Of a stretch of DNA of 64,000 nucleotides, positions 1 to 10,540 are shown piece by piece. Each line of letters opens with the position of its first letter. Within the stretch, counting starts at the first letter, position 1. This stretch comes from an uncultured delta proteobacterium (lineage in GTDB: Bacteria > Desulfobacterota > Binatia > Binatales > Binataceae): NCBI GenBank assembly GCA_963747115.1, contig CAVVEB010000001.1, positions 52,735 to 116,734 of the forward strand, written 5' to 3'. The position numbers were made by a program, and so were the translations under genes. Under the pieces are notes generated by a model that had not been told where the DNA came from, did no database searches, and saw nothing but the letters and a program-made list of their open reading frames with translations.

Positions 1-582
1 GGAGCGCTTCGTTGTAGGCGCCATGCAGCTTGTTGTCCTGGAGCTCGAGGTAGAAGCGATCCGGGAAAGTCCGCGCGTACCATTCGGCCGCCTCGCGCGC
101 CTTGTCGAATCGGTCGGCGCTTGAGATGCGCGCGCGATCTCGCGAGGAAAGGCATCCGGAGAGCACGATCAGGCCCGTCGTCGCATTCGCGCAAGGATTT
201 CCTTGTCGATGCGCGGCTTGTAGTAGAGGCCTTCCTTGTAGGCGGCGGTGAGCAGGCTTGCACAGGTTGCGATAACCGGCGCGATTCTGCGCGAGCAGGA
301 TCAGATGGAAATTGCCGCCGGTCTCGAAATCGTCGCCGCGCGATCTGGGTGCGATCGGTGCGCTTGCCGGGCGCGAGATACGCCTCGCATCCGATGATCG
401 GCTTGATCCCGTGCTCGTCCGCCTTTGTGAGTAGAACTCGACCGCGCCGAACATGTTGCCATGATCGGTAATCGCGATCGCCTCCATGCCGGACGCTTTG
501 GCGTGATCGAGCAGCGGCGCGATCTTGTTGGCGCCGTCGAGCAGGCTGTACTGCGTATGTACGTGGAGATGGACGAAACTCA
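1..582 (-). CDS. dnaE: DNA polymerase III alpha subunit DnaE, N-terminal PHP domain; runs off window start; interrupted by several frameshifts
   Basis: Minus-strand translation from 582 gives MSFVHLHVHTQYSLLDGANKIAPLLDHAKASGMEAIAITDHGNMFGAVEFY..., the classic DnaE PHP start. Later conserved segments (IIGCEAYLAPGKRTDRTQ, GGNFHLILLAQNRAGYRNLC, FYLELQDNKLHG) lie in other frames, so no single long ORF. Confidence 0.6.
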
Positions 583-732
583 TGGCGGACTAACCCCTCC
601 AACCGCTGCCCCGAAACCGCCCGCGCTGTTTCTCATTCCGGGCCACGCAGTCCCGCGCGCATCGTGGCCGATGCGTCGCGGGCCTCGCTCCCTTCACCAA
701 AGGGTAGCGGGCGACCATCTGCCTCTGCCTCG

Positions 733-1480
733 CTACTTCTTGCGCACTCGCCCTTCTTGCCGCCGCGGCGGCGGGTGCAGCAGCGCGCGCCTTCCTTGGC
801 GGCTTCGGCCGGCAGCTGCGCCGCAGCCGCGCCCTCGGCCGGAGCGGCGCCTTCGACCGCGCGCCTTCGACGACTGCGGCGACGGCTGCGAGTCGGCGCT
901 CGGTCGACCGTCGGCGGCAGAACGCTGAACCACCGCATAGTCGCTGTCGAAAATCGGCTTCATGTTGCCGGCGAACTGTCAGCGTCGAAATGTGAATGAC
1001 GTCATGAATGCCGAGCGCGGTCACATCGACCTCGACAGAATTCGGGAATCTCCAGCGGCAGACATTCGACTTCGACCTCGCGCACCAGCGGCTGCAGAAT
1101 TCCGCCCTCGGCGACTCCGACCGCGCTTGCCGATGAAGCTGGAGCGGCACCTGACACTCGAAGCGGCGCGGTTGAGATCGACCTCGTACAGGTCGGCGTG
1201 CAGGATATCGCCGCGAGACCGGCGCCGCGCTGGATGTCCTTCAACACCACGTGCTTGCCGTCGAGTTCGGACGACCGCTGACTTGAGGCGCATGATCCGC
1301 ACGCTGGCGGCGTGCGCGACGCGACGTTCTTCAACTCCGCACCGCATTCAGCGACACCGCGATCGGGCTGGTCTGCGGCCCGTACAGAACGCCCGGAACG
1401 CGGCCGTCCCGCCGCACACCGTAACGACGCCCTTGGGCCTGGTCTCTCTTTTCTCGCAGAGACATTTCTCCGGTTTCCAT
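733..1480 (-). CDS. rplY: 50S ribosomal protein L25 / general stress protein Ctc with Ala/Pro/Lys-rich tail; frame-fragmented
   Basis: Fragments in three frames carry [69 protein letters not shown] and a low-complexity A/P/K tail ending at stop 733-735. ATG at 1480 has an AAAGAAAATAATGG context. Confidence 0.6.
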
Positions 1481-1483
1481 TAT

Positions 1484-2470
1484 TTTCTTTCGAAGCCAAT
1501 CGCTCATGCGAATTGAACAGCGAGCTGACTGATTCTTCATTATGAATGCGGCGAACCGCTTCGGCGATAAGCTGCCCGACCGAAAGCACCTTGATATTTG
1601 GCAGTTCCGCCTGCGCCTTGGGCCTCAGCGGGATGCTGTTGGTGGTGATCAGTTCCTTGATTGCCGAACGATTGAGGCGCTCGCAGGCCGGATCCGACAG
1701 GATCGGATGGGTCGCGCAGGCGAACACCTCGCTGGCGCCCGCTTCGATGACTACCTTGGCCGCCTCGGTGATCGTGCCGGCGGTGTCGATCATGTCGTCG
1801 ACCAGCATCGCGATCGCGTCGCTCACCTCGCCGACCAGGCGCATCTCGGCAACCTCGCTGGCGCGGCGGCGGCGCTTGTCGATGATCGCGAGGTCGGCGT
1901 TGAGGCGGCGGGCAAAGGCACGCGCGCGCTCCACTCCACCAGCATCGGGCGAGACCACCGACGATCTTCTGTCCATCGACGCGCTTGCGCAGATATTGAT
2001 CAGCACCGGCATCGCATAGAGATTGTCGACCGGGATATTGAAGAAGCCCTGGATTTGTCCGGCGTGCAGATCGACCGTCAGCACGCGCGAGGCGCCGGCG
2101 GCGGTGATCAGGTCGGCGACCAGCTTGGCGCTGATCGGAACCCGCGGCGCGACCTTGCGATCCTGGCGCGAGTAGCCGAAATACGGAATGACGGCGGTGA
2201 TGCGTTTGGCCGACGCGCGCCGCAGCGCGTCCATCATCAGCAGCAGTTCCATCAGGTTGTCGTTGGGCGGGCGTGCAGGTGGACTGGATCACGAAGCAAT
2301 CGCCGCCGCGCACGTTCTCGCGCACCTCGACCATCACTTCGCCGTCGGGAAAGCGCCCGACTTCGGCCTCGCCAAGGCGAACGCTCGAGATGCTCGCAGA
2401 CTTCGCGCGCCAGCGCCGGGTTGGAGTTTCCGGTGAAGATCTCGAGTTCGTCCTTGGCCCGTTCGGACAT
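1484..2470 (-). CDS. prs: Ribose-phosphate pyrophosphokinase (PRPP synthetase); at least 2-3 frameshifts
   Basis: N-terminal [28 protein letters not shown] (from 2470), then [23 protein letters not shown] in a second frame, then [34 protein letters not shown]...[11 protein letters not shown]...[10 protein letters not shown] in a third. All are diagnostic Prs motifs. 3' end approximate. Confidence 0.7.
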
Positions 2471-2536
2471 CTTTCTCAGTTCCTCTACGCTTGATCTCGC
2501 GAGCCGCACGATCCGGCCCAGCCGCGCATTCCAAAA

Positions 2537-2612
2537 TGGCTGGGCGGGAAGGATTCGAACCTTCGAATGCCAGGTCCAAAGCCTGGTGCCTTACCAGCTT
2601 GGCGACCGCCCA
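2537..2612 (-). tRNA. tRNA-Gln (anticodon TTG)
   Basis: Reverse complement TGGGCGGTCGCCAAGCTGGTAAGGCACCAGGCTTTGGACCTGGCATTCGAAGGTTCGAATCCTTCCCGCCCAGCCA. 7-bp acceptor stem, anticodon stem CCAGG/CCTGG with loop CTTTGGA, CCA end. Confidence 0.85.
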
Positions 2613-2861
2613 GCGAAGCGTACGCCGGGCCTCATGAGCCCGCTTTCAGCCGCCCGCGACGCTGAATGTACTCAATCCGAGCACCGAACGGGAGCATTTT
2701 GTCGCGTCGGGCGCACATTTGATCCACACGGAGCAACATCCGAGCAACAGAAGATCCACATAATCGGTGCGCGGCCCTGCGGTTCAAGGCTCATCGAAAG
2801 AGCGGAAAGTATCGATTTCGCGCGGCCTAATGATGTTATTGGCGGCAATTTTCGCTGTCAA

Positions 2862-3756
2862 TCAGATACTCGCCAGTGGGCCGAGCGATTCGGCCTCGAA
2901 AACCATCGCATCAGGCGCCTTTAACCTAATTGCCTCAGCCACTTGGTAGGTCTCATCGGCATTCTCGAAGAGGCCGAAAACCGCGCCGCCGCTGCCGCTC
3001 ATCGAGGTGGCTTTCGCGCCGCATTCTTGAAGTAATGCTTTAAGAGTGGCGATCTGTGGATAGAGCCGCATCGCGGGCGCCGCCAAATCATTCACCAGAC
3101 GCCGGGAAACTATCTGTCCGCGAACAATCGCATCCACTTCCTGCTCCGATGCCGCCCCGCTCCAATCCTGGCGCTCAAGCGCGTTGAAAACGGACCGGGT
3201 TGACACTTCGATAGCGGGGACGGCGACCACGAGATGCAACTCGGGGAACCCGGGTAGCGGATAGATTCGTTCGCCGATGCCAGTCACGCGCGAGGGACGT
3301 GGGTCTAGGAAAAATGGCACGTCGGCGCCGAGTCCAGCCGCGATTTTTTTGAGCCGCCCGGGGGTATCGTCGGAGACGTGGAGCATCGGCGCCATCATAG
3401 AAGTTAGCATCCGCAGAACAGTTCCAGCGTCGCTGGAACCGCCGCCAAGACCCGCGCCTGCCGGAATCGTTTTTTCGAGATCGATCAATATGTGCGCCGA
3501 AATGCCGAACTCGTGCACGAACGCGCGCGCGGCGAGCAGCGCCAGATTGGATTCCCGGATCGCCGAGCGACGGGAGACTGCAGCGGAGGCTAATCTCGCG
3601 CGTAGCCGCCGGACGAATCTCGATCGTGACGCGATCGCTGATGGAAATCGGAAGGAAGATTGAATCGAGTTCATGATAGCCGTCGTCGCGGCGTCCGGTA
3701 ATCCGAAGGAATAAATTGATTTTTGCAAAGGCGGGCTCCGCCAGCAGCTTTTCCAT
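2862..3756 (-). CDS. ispE: 4-diphosphocytidyl-2-C-methyl-D-erythritol kinase; one frameshift near 3560-3600
   Basis: N-term MEKLLAEPAFAKINLFLRITGRRDDGYHELDSIFLPISISDRV in one frame. The rest (GAGLGGGSSDAG ... MSGSGGAVFGLF, GHMP-kinase motifs) is in ORF 2862..3728. Confidence 0.8.
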
Positions 3757-3766
3757 CAATGCGGTT

Positions 3767-4204
3767 TCAGCCGTTTTTTTCGCGAATGCGCAATCCCGTA
3801 TCGGCCGAGATACGGCGCAGCGACCTGCGGGTGTCACGCTGAATCACATTGATGAATCCAATCAAGGTCACGATCAAACCAACGATTACCATCGCTTGTC
3901 CGGTCAAAAACGTAACGTGATAAAAGTCCATCCGCGCGGTGGCATAGGAAACTCGCGCCTCTTCTTCGGTGAATGGCAGCAAGACTCCGCCGGCAGAATC
4001 GAGCTCGTCGAAACTGCGATAGTCGCTGCTCGGCGCGGTATGCGCGGCTTGCGCGATCATCTGGCTGGCCGCCCGGGTCTTGTTCAGGCCGACCAACCAG
4101 TTCCCGGCGCCGAGAAAAACCAGCATCAAGCCCGCCATGATGCGCCAGTCCCTATACATGTCGGGAAGCTTCATATCTTTTCGAAGAATAAGGCTGCTCG
4201 GCAA
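3767..4204 (-). CDS. Hypothetical membrane protein (2-3 TM helices)
   Basis: 145-aa ORF with hydrophobic segments (MAGLMLVFLGAGNWLVGL; AMVIVGLIVTLIGFI). Ends 11 bp upstream of the ispE start on the same strand. Start could be the internal Met at 4174. Confidence 0.4.
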   Translation of the reverse strand: MPSSLILRKDMKLPDMYRDWRIMAGLMLVFLGAGNWLVGLNKTRAASQMIAQAAHTAPSSDYRSFDELDSAGGVLLPFTEEEARVSYATARMDFYHVTFLTGQAMVIVGLIVTLIGFINVIQRDTRRSLRRISADTGLRIREKNG

Positions 4205-4310
4205 TTAAGACAATCCATGCGGCAGCAACCCTGTCGGTTCTGCGCCGACGAAGGCCGCTACGTTGCGTGGCCAAAAGCGCTACGGATATCATCATAGTTC
4301 CGGATCAAAC

Positions 4311-5330
4311 ATGAAGACCGAGACCGAAAACATCGCGGCGCCTGCGGCCGACGACCTTGAAGCGCTGCTCGCCGGATTCGATCAGGGACAGATGCGCGCG
4401 CTCTCGCGGCTCATCAGCAAAATCGAAAACCACGCTCCGGAGCGCAACGCGATTATCGATCGCGTCTACGCGAAGACCGGCCATGCGCACATCATCGGAA
4501 TCACCGGACCTCCGGGGGCCGGCAAATCGACGCTGGTCAATCTTCTGATCGCGAAGTATCGGGCCCTCGGCAAACAAGTCGCGGTGCTCGCGATCGATCC
4601 GTCGAGTCCGTATTCGGGTGGCGCGGTGCTCGGCGATCGGGTCCGCATGACCGATCACTATAAGGACAGCGGGGTTTACATCCGGAGTATTTCATCGCGC
4701 GGAAGCCACGGCGGACTAAGCCGCGCCGCGCGTGAGATCGTAAAGCTGCTCGACGCATTCGGTCACGATATCGTGATCATCGAGACCGTTGGCGTGGGGC
4801 AGACCGAGCTGGGAATCATGGATCTCGCGGATACCACCGTCGTCGTGACGGTGCCTGAAGGCGGCGATGCGGTTCAGGTGATGAAGGCCGGCCTCAACGA
4901 GATCGCCGATATCTTCGTGGTCAACAAAGCCGATCGCGAGGGAGCTGATCGAATCAAGGCCGAGCTGGAATTGAGCGTTCATTTGCGGCCCGGAGGTGGA
5001 TGGCAGCCGCCGGTACTGATGACTCAGGCCGCATCGGATAAAGGAATCGATCGATTGGTTGAATCCATCGCCAAACATCGAGAGCATCTCGCCGCCAACC
5101 GGGACCCGGCGGGCGAGGCCCAACACCGCACGCACGAGCTGATCGAAGTTCTCAGCGGCGAGCTCGAAGATCGCGCATCGCGAGCGCTAAGAGACCACCC
5201 CGGCGACGCTCTGTGGTTGGGAGTGCGAGAAGGACGGCTGAACCCCTACGGTGCCGCGCGCAAGATTCTCGACGATCCGGCCCGACTCGCCGATCTGATC
5301 GCGGGCAAGCGCAGGAGCCGCAAGAAGTAA
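4311..5330 (+). CDS. meaB: Methylmalonyl-CoA mutase-associated GTPase MeaB/ArgK (G3E family)
   Basis: Intact ORF with P-loop GITGPPGAGKST, IIETVGVGQTE and VVNKADREG G-motifs. Start taken at MKTETENI (4311) within the listed 4263 ORF. Confidence 0.85.
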   Translation: MKTETENIAAPAADDLEALLAGFDQGQMRALSRLISKIENHAPERNAIIDRVYAKTGHAHIIGITGPPGAGKSTLVNLLIAKYRALGKQVAVLAIDPSSPYSGGAVLGDRVRMTDHYKDSGVYIRSISSRGSHGGLSRAAREIVKLLDAFGHDIVIIETVGVGQTELGIMDLADTTVVVTVPEGGDAVQVMKAGLNEIADIFVVNKADREGADRIKAELELSVHLRPGGGWQPPVLMTQAASDKGIDRLVESIAKHREHLAANRDPAGEAQHRTHELIEVLSGELEDRASRALRDHPGDALWLGVREGRLNPYGAARKILDDPARLADLIAGKRRSRKK

Positions 5331-5332
5331 GC

Positions 5333-6046
5333 GTGGCGCACGATAAGAAAAAGCGTTCGGGCCGGCTCTTCGCAGTGGGCGATATCCATGGATGTCCGGA
5401 GGAACTCGACGCTATTTTGAAAGCGATTTCTCCGCGCAAGGGCGATACCGTCGTCTTCGTTGGAGACTACGTCGATCGCGGCCCCGCGTCGCGCGATGTC
5501 GTCGACCTGATCCTCGAGCTGCAAAAAGGTCCCGCCGAGGTCGTCACGCTGAAGGGCAATCACGAAGACATGATGCTCTCCTATCTCGGGTTCGAGGGAC
5601 ATTATGGAGAGTCCTTCCTCTTCAACGGCGGCGCCGCCACGCTGGACAGCTACGGCGTTCGCGAGGCTGAGCTCAGCACGCGATCGAACACATATCCGAT
5701 TCGCATCTGAATTTTTTCAAAAATCTCTCGCTGAGCTATCTTCGGCCGCCCTATTTCTTCGTCCATGCGGGAATCGTTCCCACTCGCCAACTCGAGGAAC
5801 AGGACCCGAGGATCTCTGTGGATCCGGCAGGAGTTCATCTTTCAACCTCATGCGATCGGCGCGATCGTCGTATTTGGGCACACTCCAATGCGCGGCGTGA
5901 TGATCGATCTGCCATTCAAATTGGGCATCGATACTGGGCTGGTCTACGGGGGGAAGCTGACCTGTCTCGAATTCACCGAGGGTGTGATCTACCAGTGCGA
6001 GCGCGAGAGCAAGCGGGTTAAGGCGCGGCAAACTCCTTTGCGTTGA
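5333..6046 (+). CDS. PPP-family Ser/Thr phosphatase / ApaH-like metallophosphoesterase; two frameshifts
   Basis: GTG start overlapping the meaB stop. Motifs GDIHGC, GDYVDRG, GNHE in the first frame, then NFFKNLSLSYLRPPYFFVHAGIVP, then IVVFGHTP...GIDTGLVYGGKLTCLE in two other frames (shifts near 5700 and 5810). Confidence 0.65.
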
Positions 6047-6114
6047 GGGGAGCCGCCGCCGGCTGACGATCCCCTTTCTCCGCCGCGAAGCTCCCGCTAA
6101 TCTGATCGGTTCGT

Positions 6115-6191
6115 GGCGACGTAGCTCAGTTGGTTAGAGCATGCGGCTCATATCCGCAGTGTCGTAGGTTCGACTCCTACCGTCGCCACCA
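6115..6191 (+). tRNA. tRNA-Met (anticodon CAT; elongator vs lysidine-Ile2 not distinguishable)
   Basis: GGCGACGTAGCTCAGTTGGTTAGAGCATGCGGCTCATATCCGCAGTGTCGTAGGTTCGACTCCTACCGTCGCCACCA. All four stems pair, anticodon loop CTCATAT. Confidence 0.85.
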
Positions 6192-6240
6192 TCGATTCCG
6201 ACTCCGAACCTCCAGCTCGAACTCCATGGCGGCATATCGA

Positions 6241-6687
6241 TCAGCTGTCTGGTCCGAACAGCAGTTCCCGCGAGCGAATCCATAAGTAGAGCAGGATCAG
6301 CACCGTGGCGATCCCGATCCATCCGGAGGTCCTGACGTTGCGCGCCTGCGCAAGGTCCCACATGTACGCCGTCATAAAAATCAGATTGCTGAACGCGACT
6401 TCAAGCATGCAGAAAAGCGCCAGCACGAGACCCCATTTTCTTTCCGCGGCAATTCCAATCGCAAAGGCGGAAAATGCCACCGCCTGGACAACCAGCGCCA
6501 CCCTCGCGCTGTACCCGGCGAATTGCATTCCCACGACGATCGCCTCCAGCGGCGGCTGGGGATAATCCGCCGCGTCGCGGATCAAAATTCTAGCGGTCAG
6601 ACCCGCGGCCCAGACCGCGGAAAAAAATGCGAAGACTTTTAGATCGCGGGGCCATCGCGAGGTTTTTGGATCGGTCGTGTCGGGCAT
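6241..6687 (-). CDS. Hypothetical integral membrane protein
   Basis: 148-aa ORF with about 4 predicted TM helices and no recognisable motif. Confidence 0.4.
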   Translation of the reverse strand: MPDTTDPKTSRWPRDLKVFAFFSAVWAAGLTARILIRDAADYPQPPLEAIVVGMQFAGYSARVALVVQAVAFSAFAIGIAAERKWGLVLALFCMLEVAFSNLIFMTAYMWDLAQARNVRTSGWIGIATVLILLYLWIRSRELLFGPDS

Positions 6688-6803
6688 GCTGGCGAGGCTG
6701 TTCTATCAGCAGCCTGAAAGACCGTTCAAGCGGGCGCGCTCCTCGCTTGCCGAAACTAACCACACTCCACGATAATCGGGGCGCCAGACGGAATGCGGAA
6801 ACA

Positions 6804-7478
6804 ATGAACGGCGTACATGACCTCGGTGGAATGGACGGTTTCGGTACCGCCGCTATCGAAACAAACGAGCCGGTGTTTCATGCCGCTTGGGAAAAGAGAG
6901 TTTTCGCCATCGCAATGGCGCTCACGGGAAACCCGGAAGTCCTCCGGGTCAGCGTCGATGAATTCCGCCACGCGATAGAACGAATCCCCGCGCCGCGTTA
7001 TCTCGATTCGACCTACTACGAACGTTGGCTCGACGCGATTCTGAATCTGCTAACCGAGCGTGAGATGATATCTCGAGAAGAGTTGGCGGAGCGTGGAGCT
7101 GAACCGATCACACCCGCGCAGGCGCCGAACCGCTTCGTGCGCGCAGCGAAGTCAGTCGCGCGGACACGGGCGCGCTTTCGGAAAGATGATCGGGTCATCG
7201 CGCGCAATATCAATCCCGCAGGTCACACTCGTCTTCCACGCTATGTGCGTGGGAAGCGAGGAGTGATTTATCGCGATTGGGGCGTCTATGTATTCGCCGA
7301 TAGCAACGCGCACAACGCGGGCGAGCGGCGGCAACACGTCTACTCAGTCGCCTTCAAGGCACGTGAACTGTGGGGCAAAGATGCGCCGCCGCGTGACACG
7401 CTCCGCATCGACCTTTGGGAAGACTATCTGGATAGTGATGCTGCGCGGCCGCAAGGTATCACACGGAAAAGATCTTAG
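6804..7478 (+). CDS. nthB: Nitrile hydratase beta subunit
   Basis: Starts MNGVHDLGGMDGFG, the hallmark NHase beta N-terminus. 225 aa, intact. Possible sigma70-like promoter TTGCCG-17-CGATAAT at ~6758-6787. Confidence 0.8.
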   Translation: MNGVHDLGGMDGFGTAAIETNEPVFHAAWEKRVFAIAMALTGNPEVLRVSVDEFRHAIERIPAPRYLDSTYYERWLDAILNLLTEREMISREELAERGAEPITPAQAPNRFVRAAKSVARTRARFRKDDRVIARNINPAGHTRLPRYVRGKRGVIYRDWGVYVFADSNAHNAGERRQHVYSVAFKARELWGKDAPPRDTLRIDLWEDYLDSDAARPQGITRKRS

Positions 7479-7587
7479 GCGCTTCCAAGCGCCGCGCGCA
7501 GCGCGCGCGAAGCAACCGAGGTCCCCTACTGGGGCCGACGTTAAGTAAGATGAGGCGGAGCTACTGCGTAGTCGAAAGGAAGATTTG

Positions 7588-8208
7588 ATGACCAAGCATC
7601 CCACGGTGCCCACTGGGGCCGCACTTCGCGTCAAAGCACTCGAAACGCTCCTCGAGGAGAAAGGGCTCGTCGATTCGGCCGCTCTGGATTCAATTGTTGA
7701 GATGTTCGAGACCAGAATCGGTCCGCGAAATGGCGCACGGGTGGTCGCCAAGTCGTGGACCGATCCGGCTTTCAGGAAGCGTCTGCTGGTAAACGCTACC
7801 GCCGCGGTAGCAGAACTCGGGTATGGGGGACCCGAGGGCGGTCATCTGGTGGCGATCGAAAACACAGCGAAGGTCCACAACCTCGTCGTGTGTACGCTCT
7901 GCTCATGCTATCCGTGGCCGGTGCTCGGGCTGCCGCCACTATGGTACAAGAGCTTCGCCTATCGATCGCGCGCGGTTCGGGATCCGCGCGGACTTCTGCG
8001 CGAATTCGGACTCCAAATCCCCGAGCAGGTGGAGATCCGGGTTTGGGATAGCAGCGCCGAGCAACGCTACCTCATCGTTCCTCAGCGCCCCGGCGGCACC
8101 GCGCACATGACTGAAGATCAATTGGCGGAACTTGTCACTCGCGATTCGATGGTCGGCGTGGCGACGATTCATCGGCCCGGTCGATCCGGCGCGCAGGCAT
8201 CCAGATGA
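7588..8208 (+). CDS. nthA: Nitrile hydratase alpha subunit, cobalt-type
   Basis: Metal-binding claw [10 protein letters not shown] (Thr variant is Co-type; Fe-type has CSLCSC). AAAGGAAG SD upstream of the ATG at 7588. Confidence 0.85.
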   Translation: MTKHPTVPTGAALRVKALETLLEEKGLVDSAALDSIVEMFETRIGPRNGARVVAKSWTDPAFRKRLLVNATAAVAELGYGGPEGGHLVAIENTAKVHNLVVCTLCSCYPWPVLGLPPLWYKSFAYRSRAVRDPRGLLREFGLQIPEQVEIRVWDSSAEQRYLIVPQRPGGTAHMTEDQLAELVTRDSMVGVATIHRPGRSGAQASR

Positions 8209-8537
8209 AACTCGAAGAGTTATTTTCAGGAACCCAGCTCGAGCAGGACGCCACCTTCAGCGCTCCATGGGAAGCGCGCGCATTCGCGGTAGCGCTGCGG
8301 CTGAGCGAATCCGGGATCTGCACTTGGGACGAATTTCGCCGCCATCTGATCGTGGAAATCGGAAGGGGCGCCAGGGTTCGCGCGCACGGATGGGTCCAGG
8401 AAGGCGACGGCTACTACACCCATTTTCTCGACGCACTGGAAAACCTGCTGCGCGAAAAAGAAATCATCGGGGCATCGGCGCTGGAAGCCAGGATGCGTGA
8501 GCTCGGCGCCCGCGCTCACGAGGATCACGATCATTAG
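8205..8537 (+). CDS. Nitrile hydratase accessory/activator protein (beta-subunit-like small chaperone)
   Basis: 110 aa, overlaps the nthA stop by 4 nt. [17 protein letters not shown] resembles the NHase beta N-terminal region, as in NhlE/NhhG-type self-subunit-swapping chaperones. Confidence 0.6.
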   Translation: MKLEELFSGTQLEQDATFSAPWEARAFAVALRLSESGICTWDEFRRHLIVEIGRGARVRAHGWVQEGDGYYTHFLDALENLLREKEIIGASALEARMRELGARAHEDHDH

Positions 8538-8567
8538 TCCTCGGCGCTGCCGCTGAAGTTGCGCGCT

Positions 8568-9113
8568 CTAGGCGTTCTTACCCTGCTTGCCCTCAACCCA
8601 TTCGAACATCAGAGTTTCGTAGTAGTCGAGGTTTTTGCCGAGCAGGAAAATTTGCGGGTTGCCGTCGATCCGCGCATAGACCGCCGTCTGCGTCGGGTTC
8701 AAATTGCCGAAGAAGATATTTATCGGTTGCGGTTTCGAAGCCGCCTGAAGAATGATTTCGCCCCTCGGTTTGTCGAGCCCAAATTCCGCCATATCGCCGG
8801 GATTGGTCGACACCACTTCAACTGACTTCGCGTCGGTCAGTAACCCCGTCATCGCCTGCATGAGATCTTGCGGGATAAATTTGCCGTCGGGCTCAACCAC
8901 TCTGTAATGCTGTCCGTCGGACATCATGACGTAGCGGATCTTCTCATCACCGCGAGTAACGGTTATCGAATCGACCGCGCCCTTGATGTCGAGCAAAGTC
9001 GATTGCTCGGACTCAATCGCCGCGATCTTTAACTGTGGGCGGTCGACGAAGTAGTAGTAGGGCAGCAGAATCGCGACCAGGATGGTAAACACGATTGCGC
9101 GGCGAGGACTCAA
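8568..9113 (-). CDS. DUF4340-like protein associated with the GldG-type ABC exporter
   Basis: 181 aa with N-terminal TM. Immediately downstream of, and overlapping by 4 nt, the gldG-like gene on the same strand. This arrangement is conserved for DUF4340. Confidence 0.5.
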   Translation of the reverse strand: MSPRRAIVFTILVAILLPYYYFVDRPQLKIAAIESEQSTLLDIKGAVDSITVTRGDEKIRYVMMSDGQHYRVVEPDGKFIPQDLMQAMTGLLTDAKSVEVVSTNPGDMAEFGLDKPRGEIILQAASKPQPINIFFGNLNPTQTAVYARIDGNPQIFLLGKNLDYYETLMFEWVEGKQGKNA

Positions 9114-10540
9114 ACGAAGAACCTCCTGCGCACGAAAACCACCGCACCAATGGCGAACAGCAGCATCGGTTCGAGGAACGCTCCGAGATATTTGAGGTTT
9201 TCGGCATTCTGATCGGTCACGAAAAATCCCGCAGTGTCGGACTGATTGAGACGCTCGCGGCTAGCGATAAGAATCTCGTCACCGGCCAGTTCATTCATCA
9301 CACTGACCGCCAAATCGCGGTTGCCGAGCATCTCGATAAACTGATTCGAGGGAAATGCGGTACTCCCGAAACCGACGATCCGCGCCATGTTTTGGATCGG
9401 AACATGGACGTCGCCGTTGATCGCGAGATCGACTTCGGAACCGACCGCGATGGGACCTTTGATGTCGCGGCCCGGCTGAAACTCGGTGATGCCAGTGGTG
9501 ACAGCTTTGACGTCGCCCGATGCCCAGCTCTCGTGCGAGGATCTGAGGAACGCGCTTCCTCGAGCGAAAATCATCCCGTCTGGCGCTTTGTCACCGGGCT
9601 TGCCGGTGATCTCGATACCGCGCGCCAACGAGAGCACGGCCGGCGCCGTCATGGCGCGAGTGATCGCGTTGTCCTTCGAGTAGAGCGGGATCTGAGTAGT
9701 CAGGATCTCACCCGCGGATAGCCGATACGCGGGATCGACTACTACCTGGTCGATGAAATCCATGTAGTAACTTTTCAGAAATTTCACCAGCGTAGGTGAA
9801 CCATAAGGATCGATGAACGCGACGAAGTGTCCGCCCTTGGCGAGGTATTTGGCGAGCGCGGCCAACTCCTCGGGCAGGAAATCCTTGCGCGGCCCCAACG
9901 TCGCGATAATCGTCGCGTCGTCGGGAATCGCGCCCGCGAAGAGCGAGATGTTATCTATCTGATAGTTGTTCTGCTCGAGCAGTCCGCGCCACTCCGAGAA
10001 CCCCAGCGTGCGATCGGTATCGAACAGATCGCGCTCGCCATGCCCGACGGTGAAATAGATGTGCTTGTTGGCGACGTGGGAAATCTGCAGCAGCGCCGGA
10101 ATCAAAAGTTCCGATCGCGAGTTGTCGAACTCGCGCCGGCGCCCTTCCGATTCCACTATCACTTCACCGTATGTGGATACTCCATATTGGCGCGCCAAAC
10201 CGGGCGCCTTGTTCACGTCGATCACCTGGTAGGTCACCAACGGTGTATAGGCAGCGACCTGGAATAGTAAGTCCGCCAATTCCAGGTACGAAGCATCCTC
10301 GGTGCGGACGAAAGCCATTACCTTGATCGGGTGTTTGATGCCATTCAGTACACGCTTGTCGAAATCGGAAAGTGAGTAGCGCTGGTTGGGCGTGAAATCC
10401 CATCTGACATTGTGATCGAAGATGATCAGGTTGGCGACGCTGAACAAAACCGCGAGCGCAACCGCCGTGTAGATCACGGTAACCCAGTTTACCCAGAGTG
10501 GGCGCCGTCCCTGAGTCGTTGCTACCGGCGCCCGGTCCAC
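9110..10540 (-). CDS. GldG-like ABC-type auxiliary component (ABC_transp_aux family)
   Basis: Long ORF. The listed Met start (10819) lies inside the upstream permease, so the proposed start is the in-frame GTG at 10540 overlapping the permease stop. Two TM segments (N- and C-terminal) flank a large extracytoplasmic domain. Confidence 0.7.
   Translation of the reverse strand: MDRAPVATTQGRRPLWVNWVTVIYTAVALAVLFSVANLIIFDHNVRWDFTPNQRYSLSDFDKRVLNGIKHPIKVMAFVRTEDASYLELADLLFQVAAYTPLVTYQVIDVNKAPGLARQYGVSTYGEVIVESEGRRREFDNSRSELLIPALLQISHVANKHIYFTVGHGERDLFDTDRTLGFSEWRGLLEQNNYQIDNISLFAGAIPDDATIIATLGPRKDFLPEELAALAKYLAKGGHFVAFIDPYGSPTLVKFLKSYYMDFIDQVVVDPAYRLSAGEILTTQIPLYSKDNAITRAMTAPAVLSLARGIEITGKPGDKAPDGMIFARGSAFLRSSHESWASGDVKAVTTGITEFQPGRDIKGPIAVGSEVDLAINGDVHVPIQNMARIVGFGSTAFPSNQFIEMLGNRDLAVSVMNELAGDEILIASRERLNQSDTAGFFVTDQNAENLKYLGAFLEPMLLFAIGAVVFVRRRFFV

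Noticed and set aside
1542-2924. 460-aa plus-strand ORF (plus nested 157-aa ORF 1546..2019)
   Set aside because: Antisense to prs, tRNA-Gln and the ispE 3' end, Arg/Gly/Asp-rich with no motifs. Typical long spurious ORF in high-GC DNA opposite real genes.
9095-10267. Plus-strand ORFs 208 aa and 146 aa
   Set aside because: Antisense to the gldG-like gene; no motifs.
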